Notes: a model not told the origin generated them from the sequence alone. 64,000 nucleotides of DNA from an uncultured delta proteobacterium (GCA_963790475.1 CAWBOS010000015.1:384001-448000); one strand, 5' to 3'; positions 49,846 through 60,103 are shown, numbered from the stretch's first letter. Numbers and translations are program-made.

Positions 49846-51468
49846 ATGTACAAAGAATATTTCGGTCTTAGAGAAAACCCCTTTTCAATTGCGCCCGATC
49901 CTCATTATTTTTACCTGAGCGAGGGCCATCGGGAAGCACTTGCCCACCTTGTTTATGGCATTAATAGCGAGGGCGGCTTTGTCTTGCTCACCGGCGAGGT
50001 TGGAACCGGTAAAACAACGGTCTGCCGCTGTCTTCTTGAACAATTGCCCGAGAATACGGAGATTGCCTTTATCCTCAACCCCAAATTGACTGTCGAGGAA
50101 CTGCTGGCTACGGTTTGCGATGAATTCGGTATCGGCTACCCCGAAGGAAACAGAAGTAACAAGGTCTTGGTCTCGGCCATCTATGAATACCTTCTCCATA
50201 TTCCGGAAAAAGGACGCCGGGCCATTCTGATTATTGAAGAGGCGCAGCTCCTTAGCATGGAAGTACTGGAACAGGTACGGCTTTTAACAAATCTCGAGAC
50301 AAGCCAACGGAAGCTCCTCCAGATTATCCTCCTCGGCCAACCGGAACTCCGGGAGATGTTGGCCCAACCTCAATTTCGGCAACTCTCACAGAGAGTTACT
50401 GCAAGATATCACCTCGGTCCGCTGTCGAAAGATGAGACGTCCGCCTACGTCAATCACCGTTTATCGGTAGCCGGACTCCCCCAAAGAAAGTTGTTTTCCA
50501 AAGGAACACTGAAACTTCTCTATCGGTTAACCGGAGGCATACCCAGACGGATCAACGTGATATGTGACCGGGCAATGCTCGGAGCTTATGTCCAGGGTAA
50601 AGACCAGGTAGACCGGAATACGCTGATGACGGCCACACGTGAAGTATCCGGCAAGAAAGACCGTCATTCGATGATTAAAACAGCGCATCCGGGACTATGG
50701 GCCTTCGCTATCCTTATATTTTTTGCAGCCCTCACGGCGGGTTATTATAACTGGGGAACCCAACCCATTTTGATTTCTGTGCCAAAGGCCATATCTCAAA
50801 AACAGGTTGCGGTCACACCCATCCAGAAACGCCCTTCTGCAGACCTCGAAAAGCCCGATGGCGGCACTCGGGCCGGCGCAAGGGATTTAGCCTACCAGGC
50901 GCTTTTCGGCCAATGGGGGATCCCGGTAAACCCGAAAAACAAGAGAGCCCCCTGTCAACAGGCCTCAGAAAAAGGTTTGCAGTGTCTTAATGAAAAAGGG
51001 GGGCTCCGTGACCTTCAACGTCTGAACAAGCCGGCGGTACTCACCTTGGTTGATGAAAAAGGCGATGAATATTTCGCGGCCATACTATCGATACAGGACC
51101 AGACCGCCACCTTCGCTATCGGCAATGAGACCAGAAAAGTCAATATCAACAGAATAGCCTCCTGGTGGTTGGGTGAGTTCACGCTCTTCTGGAAAGCACC
51201 CTCCAGTTATAAAGGAAAACCGGATCAGGGAAGCCGCGGCCCCCTTGTGGCCTGGATTGATCAGCAATTATCGATCGTTCAAAGACGGGGCGTCAAACCT
51301 GATGAAAAACCAACCTACAATGAACCGATGAAAAAAGAGATCAGAGCATTTCAGATAACCACCGGTCTTGTGCCGGATGGCATCATAGGCCCCAAGACCA
51401 TCATCTGCCTGGCCAATGCAACAAACAGCGGGGGACCGACCCTCACCAGTAAGAAAAGAGACCATTAG
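49846..51468 (+). CDS. exeA: ExeA/GspA AAA ATPase with C-terminal peptidoglycan-binding domain
   Basis: MYKEYFGLRENPFSIAPDP, GEVGTGKTT, IIEEAQ, RLLTNLET, GGIPRRINVICDRA, TM helix, FQ..GLVPDGIIGPKT. Confidence 0.92.
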   Translation: MYKEYFGLRENPFSIAPDPHYFYLSEGHREALAHLVYGINSEGGFVLLTGEVGTGKTTVCRCLLEQLPENTEIAFILNPKLTVEELLATVCDEFGIGYPEGNRSNKVLVSAIYEYLLHIPEKGRRAILIIEEAQLLSMEVLEQVRLLTNLETSQRKLLQIILLGQPELREMLAQPQFRQLSQRVTARYHLGPLSKDETSAYVNHRLSVAGLPQRKLFSKGTLKLLYRLTGGIPRRINVICDRAMLGAYVQGKDQVDRNTLMTATREVSGKKDRHSMIKTAHPGLWAFAILIFFAALTAGYYNWGTQPILISVPKAISQKQVAVTPIQKRPSADLEKPDGGTRAGARDLAYQALFGQWGIPVNPKNKRAPCQQASEKGLQCLNEKGGLRDLQRLNKPAVLTLVDEKGDEYFAAILSIQDQTATFAIGNETRKVNINRIASWWLGEFTLFWKAPSSYKGKPDQGSRGPLVAWIDQQLSIVQRRGVKPDEKPTYNEPMKKEIRAFQITTGLVPDGIIGPKTIICLANATNSGGPTLTSKKRDH

Positions 51469-51469
51469 G

Positions 51470-52168
51470 ATGTCCTACATTCTTGAGGGTTTAAAGAAAC
51501 TCGAGCAGAAACGCAGACAGGAAGAGAGAGCACCCGGTCTCCTGACTTTCGAGGAAGAAAAAACACCCCACTCTGAAAGACCGAACCTATGGCCTTTCCT
51601 CATCTTTCTCGCTCTGTTTCTCAATGTCGGAACCATCATCTGGTGGATCGGTCCCTGGCATTCATGGGAACGCTCCGCCCGGCCGCATCCGACAGTCCCT
51701 GGCCCTACGGCAAAGGCGGCCACCTCAATTCCGGTTGAAAAGATGAAACAGCACCCGCCGGTCCTGAGGGGGGAACTCCCGCCCCCCAAAATGGTCAACG
51801 AACTCCCTAAGAGCCCGGCTGTGGAAAAAACAAAAAAGATCTCGGCTCCGGTAGCGGAAAAAACCCCGCCGCCTAAAAAAACCGCCGAATCCCAGTCCTC
51901 GGTAATAAGTAAAGTTGTGCCGGAAGGGCGCACTGTAAAACTAAGCGACCTGCCGGCCGAGATCAAAAAAAGCCTCCCTGTTTTGAAAATGTCTGTTCAC
52001 TATTACAGCCCGGACAAACAGGCCCGCTTTGCGACGATCAACGACCGGACCCTCCATGAAGGAGAGGCCCTCAGCGAAGGTCTCCGGGTGGTAGAAATCA
52101 ATCCTGACGGAACAGTGTTGCTTTACCGGGGCCATCGTTTTCTGATAAGCGTTAATGAAAACTTTTGA
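51470..52168 (+). CDS. exeB: ExeB/GspB type II secretion accessory protein
   Basis: MSYILEGLKKLEQ, TM helix, Pro-rich linker, LPVLKMSVHYYS..RFATIN..LHEG. Confidence 0.88.
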   Translation: MSYILEGLKKLEQKRRQEERAPGLLTFEEEKTPHSERPNLWPFLIFLALFLNVGTIIWWIGPWHSWERSARPHPTVPGPTAKAATSIPVEKMKQHPPVLRGELPPPKMVNELPKSPAVEKTKKISAPVAEKTPPPKKTAESQSSVISKVVPEGRTVKLSDLPAEIKKSLPVLKMSVHYYSPDKQARFATINDRTLHEGEALSEGLRVVEINPDGTVLLYRGHRFLISVNENF

Positions 52169-52273
52169 CGCCGGATATCGTATCAGGCTTTCATTTTAAC
52201 TACTAAGATGTAAGATGAGACACTGGTCCACATACAACGGGAAATTAATCAAACATCTTTGTGAATAAACAGG

Positions 52274-53197
52274 CTACAACCGGATGGATTTTAGGCTTTC
52301 GGCGGTTTCAATCGCTTCATTCCAACTCGGAATCCCCTTTCTCCCGCCATATTCTCTGCAGGATAAAGAAGCCACCGCTACGGAAAATTTAACAGCCCGA
52401 AGCAGATCAAAACCTTTACTGAGTGCCAGAGCAAAAGCAGCATGAAAATTGTCGCCGGCTCCGATGGTATCGACAATATTTATCAGCGGCGGCAAAACCT
52501 GACAAAGCTTGTTGTTCATGATATAGTAGGCCCCGTTTTCCCCATCGGTCACGACCAGATCACCCCCGACCATACCCTTTAATCGAAAAATTCGTTCCTT
52601 CAACGATAAGCCGTCGAAATGTAATTCTTCTGATTTAAAAAAATCCGATGAAGGGATAAAATAATCCGCTATGGCCATAATATCTTCAATCCCTTCCTGC
52701 CAGCGCTCGCAGTCATATACGATTTTAATTTTTCGATCCGTTTGCTTTTTCAATACTTTCCCGAAATAGGTCGCCTCGGGATCCAGCAATAGTACCGCTG
52801 ATCGATGCAAGAGCGTGTCGATGGCCGGGTACTTTTGAATTTTAGGGAGGGTGCTGCCTTCGTAAATGATCGTCCGATAACCGTTGCGTTTTGTGACAAA
52901 AATGAAGGCAACCGCTGTTTTTCCGCCCGGTATGATCTCGATAAATTTGGTGCTCACACCAAAATCCTGCAAGCGCTTCAGGCAAAACCGGCCTTCCGGG
53001 TCATCACCGAGTTTCCCGACATAGGCCACTTGCCCACCCAATATTGAAATGCAGCAAGAGGCTGTACCGCCCTGTCCGCCGCCTTCCGTCAACCGGAACT
53101 CCAAGGTGGTTTTCTGGTTTTCCTTGGGAAAGCGGTCCACAACAGCAATGTAATCCAAGCAACTGCGCCCGATGACCAGTACATCGATATTTTTCAT
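52274..53197 (-). CDS. PfkB-family carbohydrate kinase
   Basis: GGGQGGTA, VGKLGDD, VTDGENG, VDTIGAGDNFHA. Confidence 0.9.
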   Translation of the reverse strand: MKNIDVLVIGRSCLDYIAVVDRFPKENQKTTLEFRLTEGGGQGGTASCCISILGGQVAYVGKLGDDPEGRFCLKRLQDFGVSTKFIEIIPGGKTAVAFIFVTKRNGYRTIIYEGSTLPKIQKYPAIDTLLHRSAVLLLDPEATYFGKVLKKQTDRKIKIVYDCERWQEGIEDIMAIADYFIPSSDFFKSEELHFDGLSLKERIFRLKGMVGGDLVVTDGENGAYYIMNNKLCQVLPPLINIVDTIGAGDNFHAAFALALSKGFDLLRAVKFSVAVASLSCREYGGRKGIPSWNEAIETAESLKSIRL

Positions 53198-53272
53198 TTT
53201 TTTATGATTACTTTTGGCTTCAACAGGAAAAGGAGATATTGGGTCTAAGATGTATCGAAGCCCGAGGTCCGG

Positions 53273-53339
53273 GGGTCAGGTTTATTCGCTCGGCTTTGAG
53301 AATCCGGATAAAAAATATTTACAGAAATAAACCTGACCC
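53273..53339. repeat. Short inverted-repeat element (REP/MITE-like)
   Basis: GGGTCAGGTTTATT ... AATAAACCTGACCC, 14-bp perfect inverted repeat. Confidence 0.6.
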
Positions 53340-53357
53340 TGTTTGAATGCCTATGGA

Positions 53358-54329
53358 TTATTTAAAAAGGCTGTCCATCCTCTTTTTCACTTCCACAGCC
53401 TCATCAATGATCCGCTGCATCAACTCGGCTACGGTCGGAATATCATGGATGCGGCCGACAACCTGTCCACCGGGATACATCCCCTTATCGAATGTCCCCT
53501 CCTTCCAACCTCCGGCCGAGGTTCTTCCGCTGATATAGGGAGCGAGTTCTTGCAGTGAGGCCCCTTTGGCCTCCAATTCCAGAATTTTTTCCGAGCCCGG
53601 TGTCTTCAAGACGCGGCTGGGATTCATTAAGGTCTTCATCACCAGAACGGTTTCCGTCTCCTGAGTTTCGATCAGTTTCTTTTTAAAATCAGGATGGATC
53701 GGGCACTCCTGGGTGGCCATAAAGCGCGTGCCCATGTTCACACCGGCTGCGCCGAAGGCCAAAGCGGCCATCAGCCCTTTGCCGTCGGCAAAGCCTCCGC
53801 CGGCTATCAAAGGTTTCTTGATCCTGTCGAGTGTCGCGGGTATTAAAACAAGGGTCGTTACTTCTTCCATGCTCGGATGCCCGCCGCATTCCGTTCCCAC
53901 GATGGAAACCATATCCACACCCAGACCATCCACTTTGACCGCATCGCGCACACGGGCGCATTTGTGGATGTGAATCAGTCCTCCTTTAACAATCTGTTCT
54001 CGGTGAGGTGCCGGACTGCGCCCGGCGGTTTCCAGTATTTTCACGCCCGATTCTATCACCCAGCCGATCCTTTCTTCCGCGGTAACGGTGGCCGTCATTT
54101 CGGGAAACAGGCCCACGTTGACCCCAAAAGGCTTATCGGTCATGTCCCTGGTCTTTTTGACCTCATCCATAAAGGCCTGTTTGGTTTGAAAGGCGGCGGC
54201 AGGCAGGCAACAAAAACCGCCGGCATTGGCCACCGGCGCCACCAGCGCGGCCATCGAAATAGCCTGCATGGTCCCGCACTGGATAGGATACTTGATCCCC
54301 AATATTTCCGTCATTTTCGTTTGCAGCAT
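53358..54329 (-). CDS. Nitronate monooxygenase/FabK-like FMN oxidoreductase
   Basis: LGIKYPIQCGTM, TDKPFGVN, ECGGHP, LIAGGGFADG, MGTRFMATQE. Confidence 0.9.
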   Translation of the reverse strand: MLQTKMTEILGIKYPIQCGTMQAISMAALVAPVANAGGFCCLPAAAFQTKQAFMDEVKKTRDMTDKPFGVNVGLFPEMTATVTAEERIGWVIESGVKILETAGRSPAPHREQIVKGGLIHIHKCARVRDAVKVDGLGVDMVSIVGTECGGHPSMEEVTTLVLIPATLDRIKKPLIAGGGFADGKGLMAALAFGAAGVNMGTRFMATQECPIHPDFKKKLIETQETETVLVMKTLMNPSRVLKTPGSEKILELEAKGASLQELAPYISGRTSAGGWKEGTFDKGMYPGGQVVGRIHDIPTVAELMQRIIDEAVEVKKRMDSLFK

Positions 54330-54671
54330 ACATTTCCCCCTTTATTTTTTTAATTTTTTTTGAGACTGCCTACTAACCCACTTCGTTTCCTGAAGAGGAT
54401 TATCTATTAAAAAAAACTAAATATCAAATAAAAGATGCCGGTTCGGAATTTAAGTTAATAGGGGTCTCATAATCTTGAATAAAAGGACCGATGGGGTCAT
54501 ATTTTTTGGGGATTGTCCAAATGGTAACTTATCGCCCAATCCCGGCCAGTCCAGTCCCGCCTTGGCGGGATTAAATAATTTTCCCGACAAAGAAGCTTCC
54601 AGGTTCAGGGTGGACAACGCCCAAAAATATGGCCCCATCGGTCCCCTTCATTTCAGACTATTATGAGACCA

Positions 54672-55928
54672 TTAATAAATGTTGACCCCCTTCGATTTCA
54701 GAAACTCCTTGTCTTTATCAATAAAATAGACCCAGGAGTTCCTTGACATCAGGCAGGAGTCTTCTTCGCCCAGGATTTCCAGCAGCTCGATCCTCAACTT
54801 CCGGGCTTCGAGATTCTCGGGATCAGCGCCGATCAGCACATCGAGCACTTGCAGCCCCAGTTGGGCTTTTCCCTGTTGTTTCAATTCCCGGGTTTTGTCC
54901 AATACCCTTTCCGGATCACCGATCAGTTCCAGCAGGGCAGCCTTCACTTCTTTTTCCGGTCTGGGGAGTAGATTGGCGGGGTTGCCGTCAAAATATCCGT
55001 GATACCAATGATAGACGTTATAAACAAAAAACTCCGTCCTGGAATAGGATGAGAGGAGATAGGGGCTGTCCTTCAAATGATCGGGGATTTTGACCTCATG
55101 AATCATCTCGGTGATATGCTTTTTTCGGTTGATGCCATCCACTACCTTATCATGAAGATTCCGGATGACTTCGATATGGTCATCTAACGCTTCCCTGGCT
55201 TGATGCCCTTGATAGAGGGTTCCGGCTCCGTTGCAGAAGAGATATTCCGGATTAAGGGCGCGGACTTTTTCCAGGGTTTTGGCCCAGTCCAGGGCAAAAC
55301 GAGTCGGCTTCCAGGGATTGCCGATATTGGGAAACGACCCGATCATCAGGTCCCCGATGAAAGCTGAACTAATTTCCGGGACCCAGACCCAGCAGGCGTC
55401 ATCGGTCTCCGCCCGGGCCGTATGCAGTTCAAAGGTCTTGCCACCCAATTGAATGGTCAGGTCTCCCTGAAAGGTCTGGGTCGGATAAACCGTCCTTTCC
55501 AGACTCTCAAGGGTTTTTTCCGGTCTATCCGGAATATTGAACTGTTGGGCGCTGATGCGCGCCCGATGCCGATATAGCATTTTATAACGGTCCAACCGGT
55601 CGGATAGATACTGATTGGCGATGATGATCGGATTATCTTTGATAAAGGCAGCGGTCCCCGAAACATGATCCGAATGACCGTGGGTATAGATGATGTATTT
55701 TATCTGCCCTTTGATCCTTTCCGCAGTCTGGATTGCCGCCTGGTAGCTGATCAGAGTATCGATCAACACCACACCTTCTTCGGTATCGATCCAGGCGCAT
55801 CCGGCAATGGGCAAAGAGGCCACGTGAACATCGGGCAACGGATCGGAAAAAACAACTTCCTGTCCGGCTAAGATTTGTTGAGCTTTTACCTTATCAGTTT
55901 TGCTTCCTTCTGTTGGTTTATCAGTCAT
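54672..55928 (-). CDS. Metallo-beta-lactamase, alkyl sulfatase (BDS1/SdsA1)-like
   Basis: YTHGHSDH, AETDD, FPNIGNP, YHGYFDGNPANL, C-terminal dimerisation helices. Confidence 0.85.
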   Translation of the reverse strand: MTDKPTEGSKTDKVKAQQILAGQEVVFSDPLPDVHVASLPIAGCAWIDTEEGVVLIDTLISYQAAIQTAERIKGQIKYIIYTHGHSDHVSGTAAFIKDNPIIIANQYLSDRLDRYKMLYRHRARISAQQFNIPDRPEKTLESLERTVYPTQTFQGDLTIQLGGKTFELHTARAETDDACWVWVPEISSAFIGDLMIGSFPNIGNPWKPTRFALDWAKTLEKVRALNPEYLFCNGAGTLYQGHQAREALDDHIEVIRNLHDKVVDGINRKKHITEMIHEVKIPDHLKDSPYLLSSYSRTEFFVYNVYHWYHGYFDGNPANLLPRPEKEVKAALLELIGDPERVLDKTRELKQQGKAQLGLQVLDVLIGADPENLEARKLRIELLEILGEEDSCLMSRNSWVYFIDKDKEFLKSKGVNIY

Positions 55929-56530
55929 GGTTCTCCTTTTGATGCGGGTTAACGATTAATTTAACGAAAGGGGCTTAATAATTTTTCTTTTTAAGTTGAC
56001 TCTAATTTTCATCACGTATTGATTTTTTTGTCAACATTCGTCCACAAATAATTTCTCCCTGAGGTTATCACCCTTCTTACCCGCCCTTTTCCAGACAATG
56101 AAAGACAAAACGCTTTTTTTCTCCTTGACCCTGTATTTTTCCTGTCCTACACTTATCCCAAAAAATCAACTTCCATATACAATTTGCCATAAAGCATCCC
56201 AAATTGATCTTCGTTTTTAAACAGTACGGGAAGAACTTCGGATTTAAACAAATGCGCCCAGGAAGATTCTATACGGCTGCGTAATGAAGGGGATAACTGA
56301 GTTCCTACACCGAACAATTTTTGTTAAGGGGATGTTTTCTTATACATGATTATCTTTAGCATGGTCCGTAGTTGATAACAAGAGTTACTTCTCAGGAATC
56401 AATAAGTAATTAATTCAATCCAATAGACTATAATTAAACTCTTTAGAGATAGTTTCGCCTCTTCGGACAGCATACACAACTCCTGGAGTCGTTACATTCA
56501 ATCGCCTGGCAAGTTCCACCAAAGGTAGGC

Positions 56531-57508
56531 TTACTTGGTTACCGAGTGCCAATACTCGGCGATGCCATACCCTTCTTGCCCGTCCAGGTTGAACTGGGCA
56601 AAGCCCTCATTGATAAAGGTGGCCCCGGCCGGCATGGCGATCTTCGTCGGACAAATCCCCAGAACCCGGCCGATGACACTCCGCCTCTTTCCGTCCTCGG
56701 TTGTCCAGGTCAGTTGCATGGCGCGGTGGAGGATCGAACCGCTCCTGTATTCGCTTTCAACGATTATGTCCCCTAAGGGCTGATTCTTCCCCTCGAACTG
56801 AAGCCATCCAGAGCCTCTCATGGTTCCGTCGGACTGCCGGAAGCACGAACATCCAAAGGCCCTATCCCGTCCGAAGTTACCAGAAAACCAGGTGACGAAA
56901 GGCGCCGGCAGGTGGTCACCCTCTTGAGGACCGGCCATAGCCGGGATCATCCCCGGTTTCCAATCCCTTGGACCCCAGGATTTGTCCCGGACACCCCAAC
57001 CCATGACGGTCCAGTTCTCGGATCCCAGACGGATTTTCCCTGAGGCATTCCCAGTCTGCTCGAAGTGTCCCCTTGGGCCAGTGAAATCGTAAAACGGATC
57101 GGTCCGAGATTGGAATTCCAGCTGCATGTCCAGCTCTGCCGGATGATACCAGCCCTCCGGCCTCTCTTTACTACGGATCATAAGGATGGAGCCGTCGGGA
57201 ATGTCCTGGGCCAACCCTTTGTAGCGGACCATCCAGTGTTTAAAAGGTTTCAGGCATTCGAGCCCCAGCCCAGCGACCTGCAGGAGTTCGTCTCCCCGTT
57301 TCAGTTCGCGCCGGCCGTAGGTAAAGGCCAGGCGATCCCCGCCCAGGAACAGAACATGGAGCCCGTCGGCCCAACCTTCATTAGCCCGGAAGCCCATGCG
57401 GGTGAACAGGCCTATTTTTTTATCCGGATCAACAAAATTGAAATAATAGCTTTCGCTCCAGGCCCTTTCTTCTCCTGCTGGATGCATGAATTCATCGTTT
57501 TTATCCAT
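56531..57508 (-). CDS. Hypothetical protein (tocopherol-cyclase/lipocalin-like beta-rich family)
   Basis: WSESYYFNF, HFEQTG, VRDKSWGPRDW, GYGIAEY; RBS GAGGAG before ATG 57508. Confidence 0.65.
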   Translation of the reverse strand: MDKNDEFMHPAGEERAWSESYYFNFVDPDKKIGLFTRMGFRANEGWADGLHVLFLGGDRLAFTYGRRELKRGDELLQVAGLGLECLKPFKHWMVRYKGLAQDIPDGSILMIRSKERPEGWYHPAELDMQLEFQSRTDPFYDFTGPRGHFEQTGNASGKIRLGSENWTVMGWGVRDKSWGPRDWKPGMIPAMAGPQEGDHLPAPFVTWFSGNFGRDRAFGCSCFRQSDGTMRGSGWLQFEGKNQPLGDIIVESEYRSGSILHRAMQLTWTTEDGKRRSVIGRVLGICPTKIAMPAGATFINEGFAQFNLDGQEGYGIAEYWHSVTK

Positions 57509-57555
57509 CGAATCTTTCTCCTCAGGTTTCCCTTGATAGGTAAAATGCAAGGTTC

Positions 57556-58626
57556 TTAGCGGCCGGATCTGACCATGACCTTTTGCGCCGAACCGATCAG
57601 CAAATGAGAGGTGGATTTAAACATTTCAAACCTCTGATCTTTCGAGAACCCATAGTAATAGCGGTAGTAAATCTGTTGCAGCAGTCCGGCCAGCCGGAAC
57701 ATATTTAACACATAATAATAGTCCGGATTTGGAATGGAAGATCCCGAAAATTTCTGGTAATCCTCGAGAAGATCTTCCCGGCTGATGGACTCTCTTAGGA
57801 TGGCCGGCAGGATAGCTGAGATTCCCAGGGTATCCTGTTCCGCTTTTTCATTGAAATAGATCATGGTGTAGGTTGCATCCATGATAGGGTCTCCAATCGT
57901 GGCCATTTCCCAGTCCAGCACCCCGATGATTTTTGTGGGATCTTCATAATCCAGTACAATATTGTCCGGTTTCCAGTCTCCGTGCACAATAGCCGGATAG
58001 TCCACGTCCGGGGGCCTTTTGGCTTCCAGCCAGGCCATGACATCCTCGCCATCCGGAACATCCGGTGTACGGGCGTCCCGATACCGACCGATCCACCCCT
58101 GAACCTGCCGCTTGATATAGCCCTGAGGTTTCCCGAAATCCTCCAGGCCGATTTTTCGGTAATCCAAAGAGTGCAGCTGGGATAATACCTTCATGAGGTT
58201 ACGACCTAAGTGGCGTGCTGCAGCGGGGGACAGACTGACTCCCGACGGCAGGTGCTGCCGAATGATCTTACCCGGCAATCGCTCCATCACATAAAAGGGA
58301 CAACCGATGATGGCGGTGTCTTCGGTATAGGTAAGCGGTCTGGGGACGTAGGGAAATACCGGAATGAGGGCTTTGAGTACGGTGTATTCCCGCTTCATAT
58401 CGTGGGCCCCCTTGACCTTGCTTCCCAAGGGGGGGCGCCTCAATACCATTTCCCGGTTGCTGAAGGTCAGTAAATAGGTGAGGTTTGAATGTCCCCCCGG
58501 GAACTGCATGAGGGTCAGTTTTCCCTCGATCCCGGGAAGGCTATCCTTCAGGAATTCTTCCAATCTCGCTGTATCCAGTTCCTCGCCCTTCCGGACTTTT
58601 TCTGAAGCATCGTTGCCTTCTGCCAT
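57556..58626 (-). CDS. Aminoglycoside-phosphotransferase-like kinase (ACAD10/11 N-domain type)
   Basis: QFPGGHSNLTY, VLRRPP, AHDMKRE, PFYVME, IVHGDWKPDN, VLDWEMATIGDP. Confidence 0.9.
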   Translation of the reverse strand: MAEGNDASEKVRKGEELDTARLEEFLKDSLPGIEGKLTLMQFPGGHSNLTYLLTFSNREMVLRRPPLGSKVKGAHDMKREYTVLKALIPVFPYVPRPLTYTEDTAIIGCPFYVMERLPGKIIRQHLPSGVSLSPAAARHLGRNLMKVLSQLHSLDYRKIGLEDFGKPQGYIKRQVQGWIGRYRDARTPDVPDGEDVMAWLEAKRPPDVDYPAIVHGDWKPDNIVLDYEDPTKIIGVLDWEMATIGDPIMDATYTMIYFNEKAEQDTLGISAILPAILRESISREDLLEDYQKFSGSSIPNPDYYYVLNMFRLAGLLQQIYYRYYYGFSKDQRFEMFKSTSHLLIGSAQKVMVRSGR

Positions 58627-59130
58627 AAATTTTTTATCCTAAAAGAAAGATGACCTCAGCGTTAGGCAAGTCCCCGGAATCCAATGGAGAGGGGCTGGCC
58701 TCGAGCCAAAAGGGAGGTGAAGGTTGATACGCTTGGCGATTGAATGAAAAGAATATAGAATAAGGGAAAATGAAGATCAAGGAGAAAAAAAAGAAGAAGC
58801 AATCACCAAAAAACATGAAAAAGGGTCAGGGGTCCAAGGACCAAGGATTTAAGTGAAAGGCATGGAAGGTATATCCCTTAACCCGTTGAACCTATGAACC
58901 CCATTTTCGTAAAAAATGAATGGGCTTTTATTTTAAATGAAGGGCCTATTATATTGAAGGCTCAGGCGGCTTTTAGAACGGGATCGGCGGAAATGAGCAG
59001 GCGGTCCAGGGCTGCTTCTCAAGGGATTCAATATCATTAAGGTCTCTAATTGGTATAGTGTACCTCGTTGTTCTCATCCTGATCCTTCGATCTTAAATAT
59101 TTTATATTGGTATAACAGGAGCACTCATTT

Positions 59131-59462
59131 TTAATGGACCGCGGCATACAGTATCATTGTCTCGGTTGCCTCAGCCGCCTTGAATTCCTCAACGATACGC
59201 CCCTGACGGGAAACGAGAATGCGGTCCGATAAATGTAGAATTTCCGGCAAATAGGAAGAGATGACTACCACTGGAAGACCATCATCGGCCAGTTTGTTGA
59301 TAATTTGGTGAATTTCAGCTATGGCTCCGACGTCTACTCCGCGAGTAGGTTCATCGAAAATGATCAGCTTGGGACGTTGAGCCAGCGCCAATCACTACCC
59401 TCTGCTGATTACCCCCGGACAACTCGATAACCCGGGCATTGCTGTCCGTTGCCCTGATGTTG
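59131..59462 (-). pseudogene. 3' fragment of a CUT2 (RbsA-like) sugar ABC ATPase
   Basis: ELSGGNQQRVVIG / LAQRPKLIIFDEPTRGVDVGAIAEIH. Frameshift at ~59392; no 5' part; sequence ends at an inverted-repeat element. Confidence 0.8.
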
Positions 59463-59475
59463 GTCGGAAATTACG

Positions 59476-59530
59476 GGGACAGTATACTTAATTCTTTAAA
59501 TCAGAAAAAATAAATAAGCATACTGTCCCC
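59476..59530. repeat. Short inverted-repeat element at the truncation point
   Basis: GGGGACAGTATACTTA ... TAAGCATACTGTCCCC. Confidence 0.6.
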
Positions 59531-59543
59531 CGAATTCTCCTTT

Positions 59544-59954
59544 TTATTTTTTACGATTAGGATGGCAGTTGCCACATTTATTAAAGGTTCGAAGGTGATG
59601 ACAGGAAACATAACAGTTTTCCACCTCTACCTTGGACAGATCGACTTTTTCCTGGGGCGGATTCGGATGTGTGGTGTGGCAGTCGAGACAGTTAGGCACA
59701 TTCTCGGCCTTCTTTTCATTATGCGGTATGAACTGGTGCGGATTAACAAGAAGTCCGCTTTCGGTTTTGAAGCTCGGCTTTTTATCTACCAGTTTATCAA
59801 ACGATCCCTCGTGGCAGGATAGGCAAAGGGCAGATCCTTGTGGCTCCTTGTCCACGGCAACAGCCACTTTTGCGGCATCAAACAGATAAAAAGCCATTAT
59901 CGGGGTTAAAAGAAGAAATCCTAACAAGGTCATCCTTTTTTGTTTTGGCTTCAT
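59544..59954 (-). CDS. Small tetraheme c-type cytochrome
   Basis: Signal/anchor, then CLSCH, NPH, CLDCH, CYVSCH (CX3CH), CGNCH. Confidence 0.85.
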   Translation of the reverse strand: MKPKQKRMTLLGFLLLTPIMAFYLFDAAKVAVAVDKEPQGSALCLSCHEGSFDKLVDKKPSFKTESGLLVNPHQFIPHNEKKAENVPNCLDCHTTHPNPPQEKVDLSKVEVENCYVSCHHLRTFNKCGNCHPNRKK

Positions 59955-60103
59955 AATTTCAAGGTTTTTATCTGTGATGAGAGCTTGGTTTTCGTGGGGC
60001 GGACGTTATGCTAAACCCGTCCGCCCATGCACTCTCTCAACTTCCATGGTGCTCTATGAAACAAAAACGTGAGGTCAAAGGTAAAGAATGACATCTGATG
60101 AAC

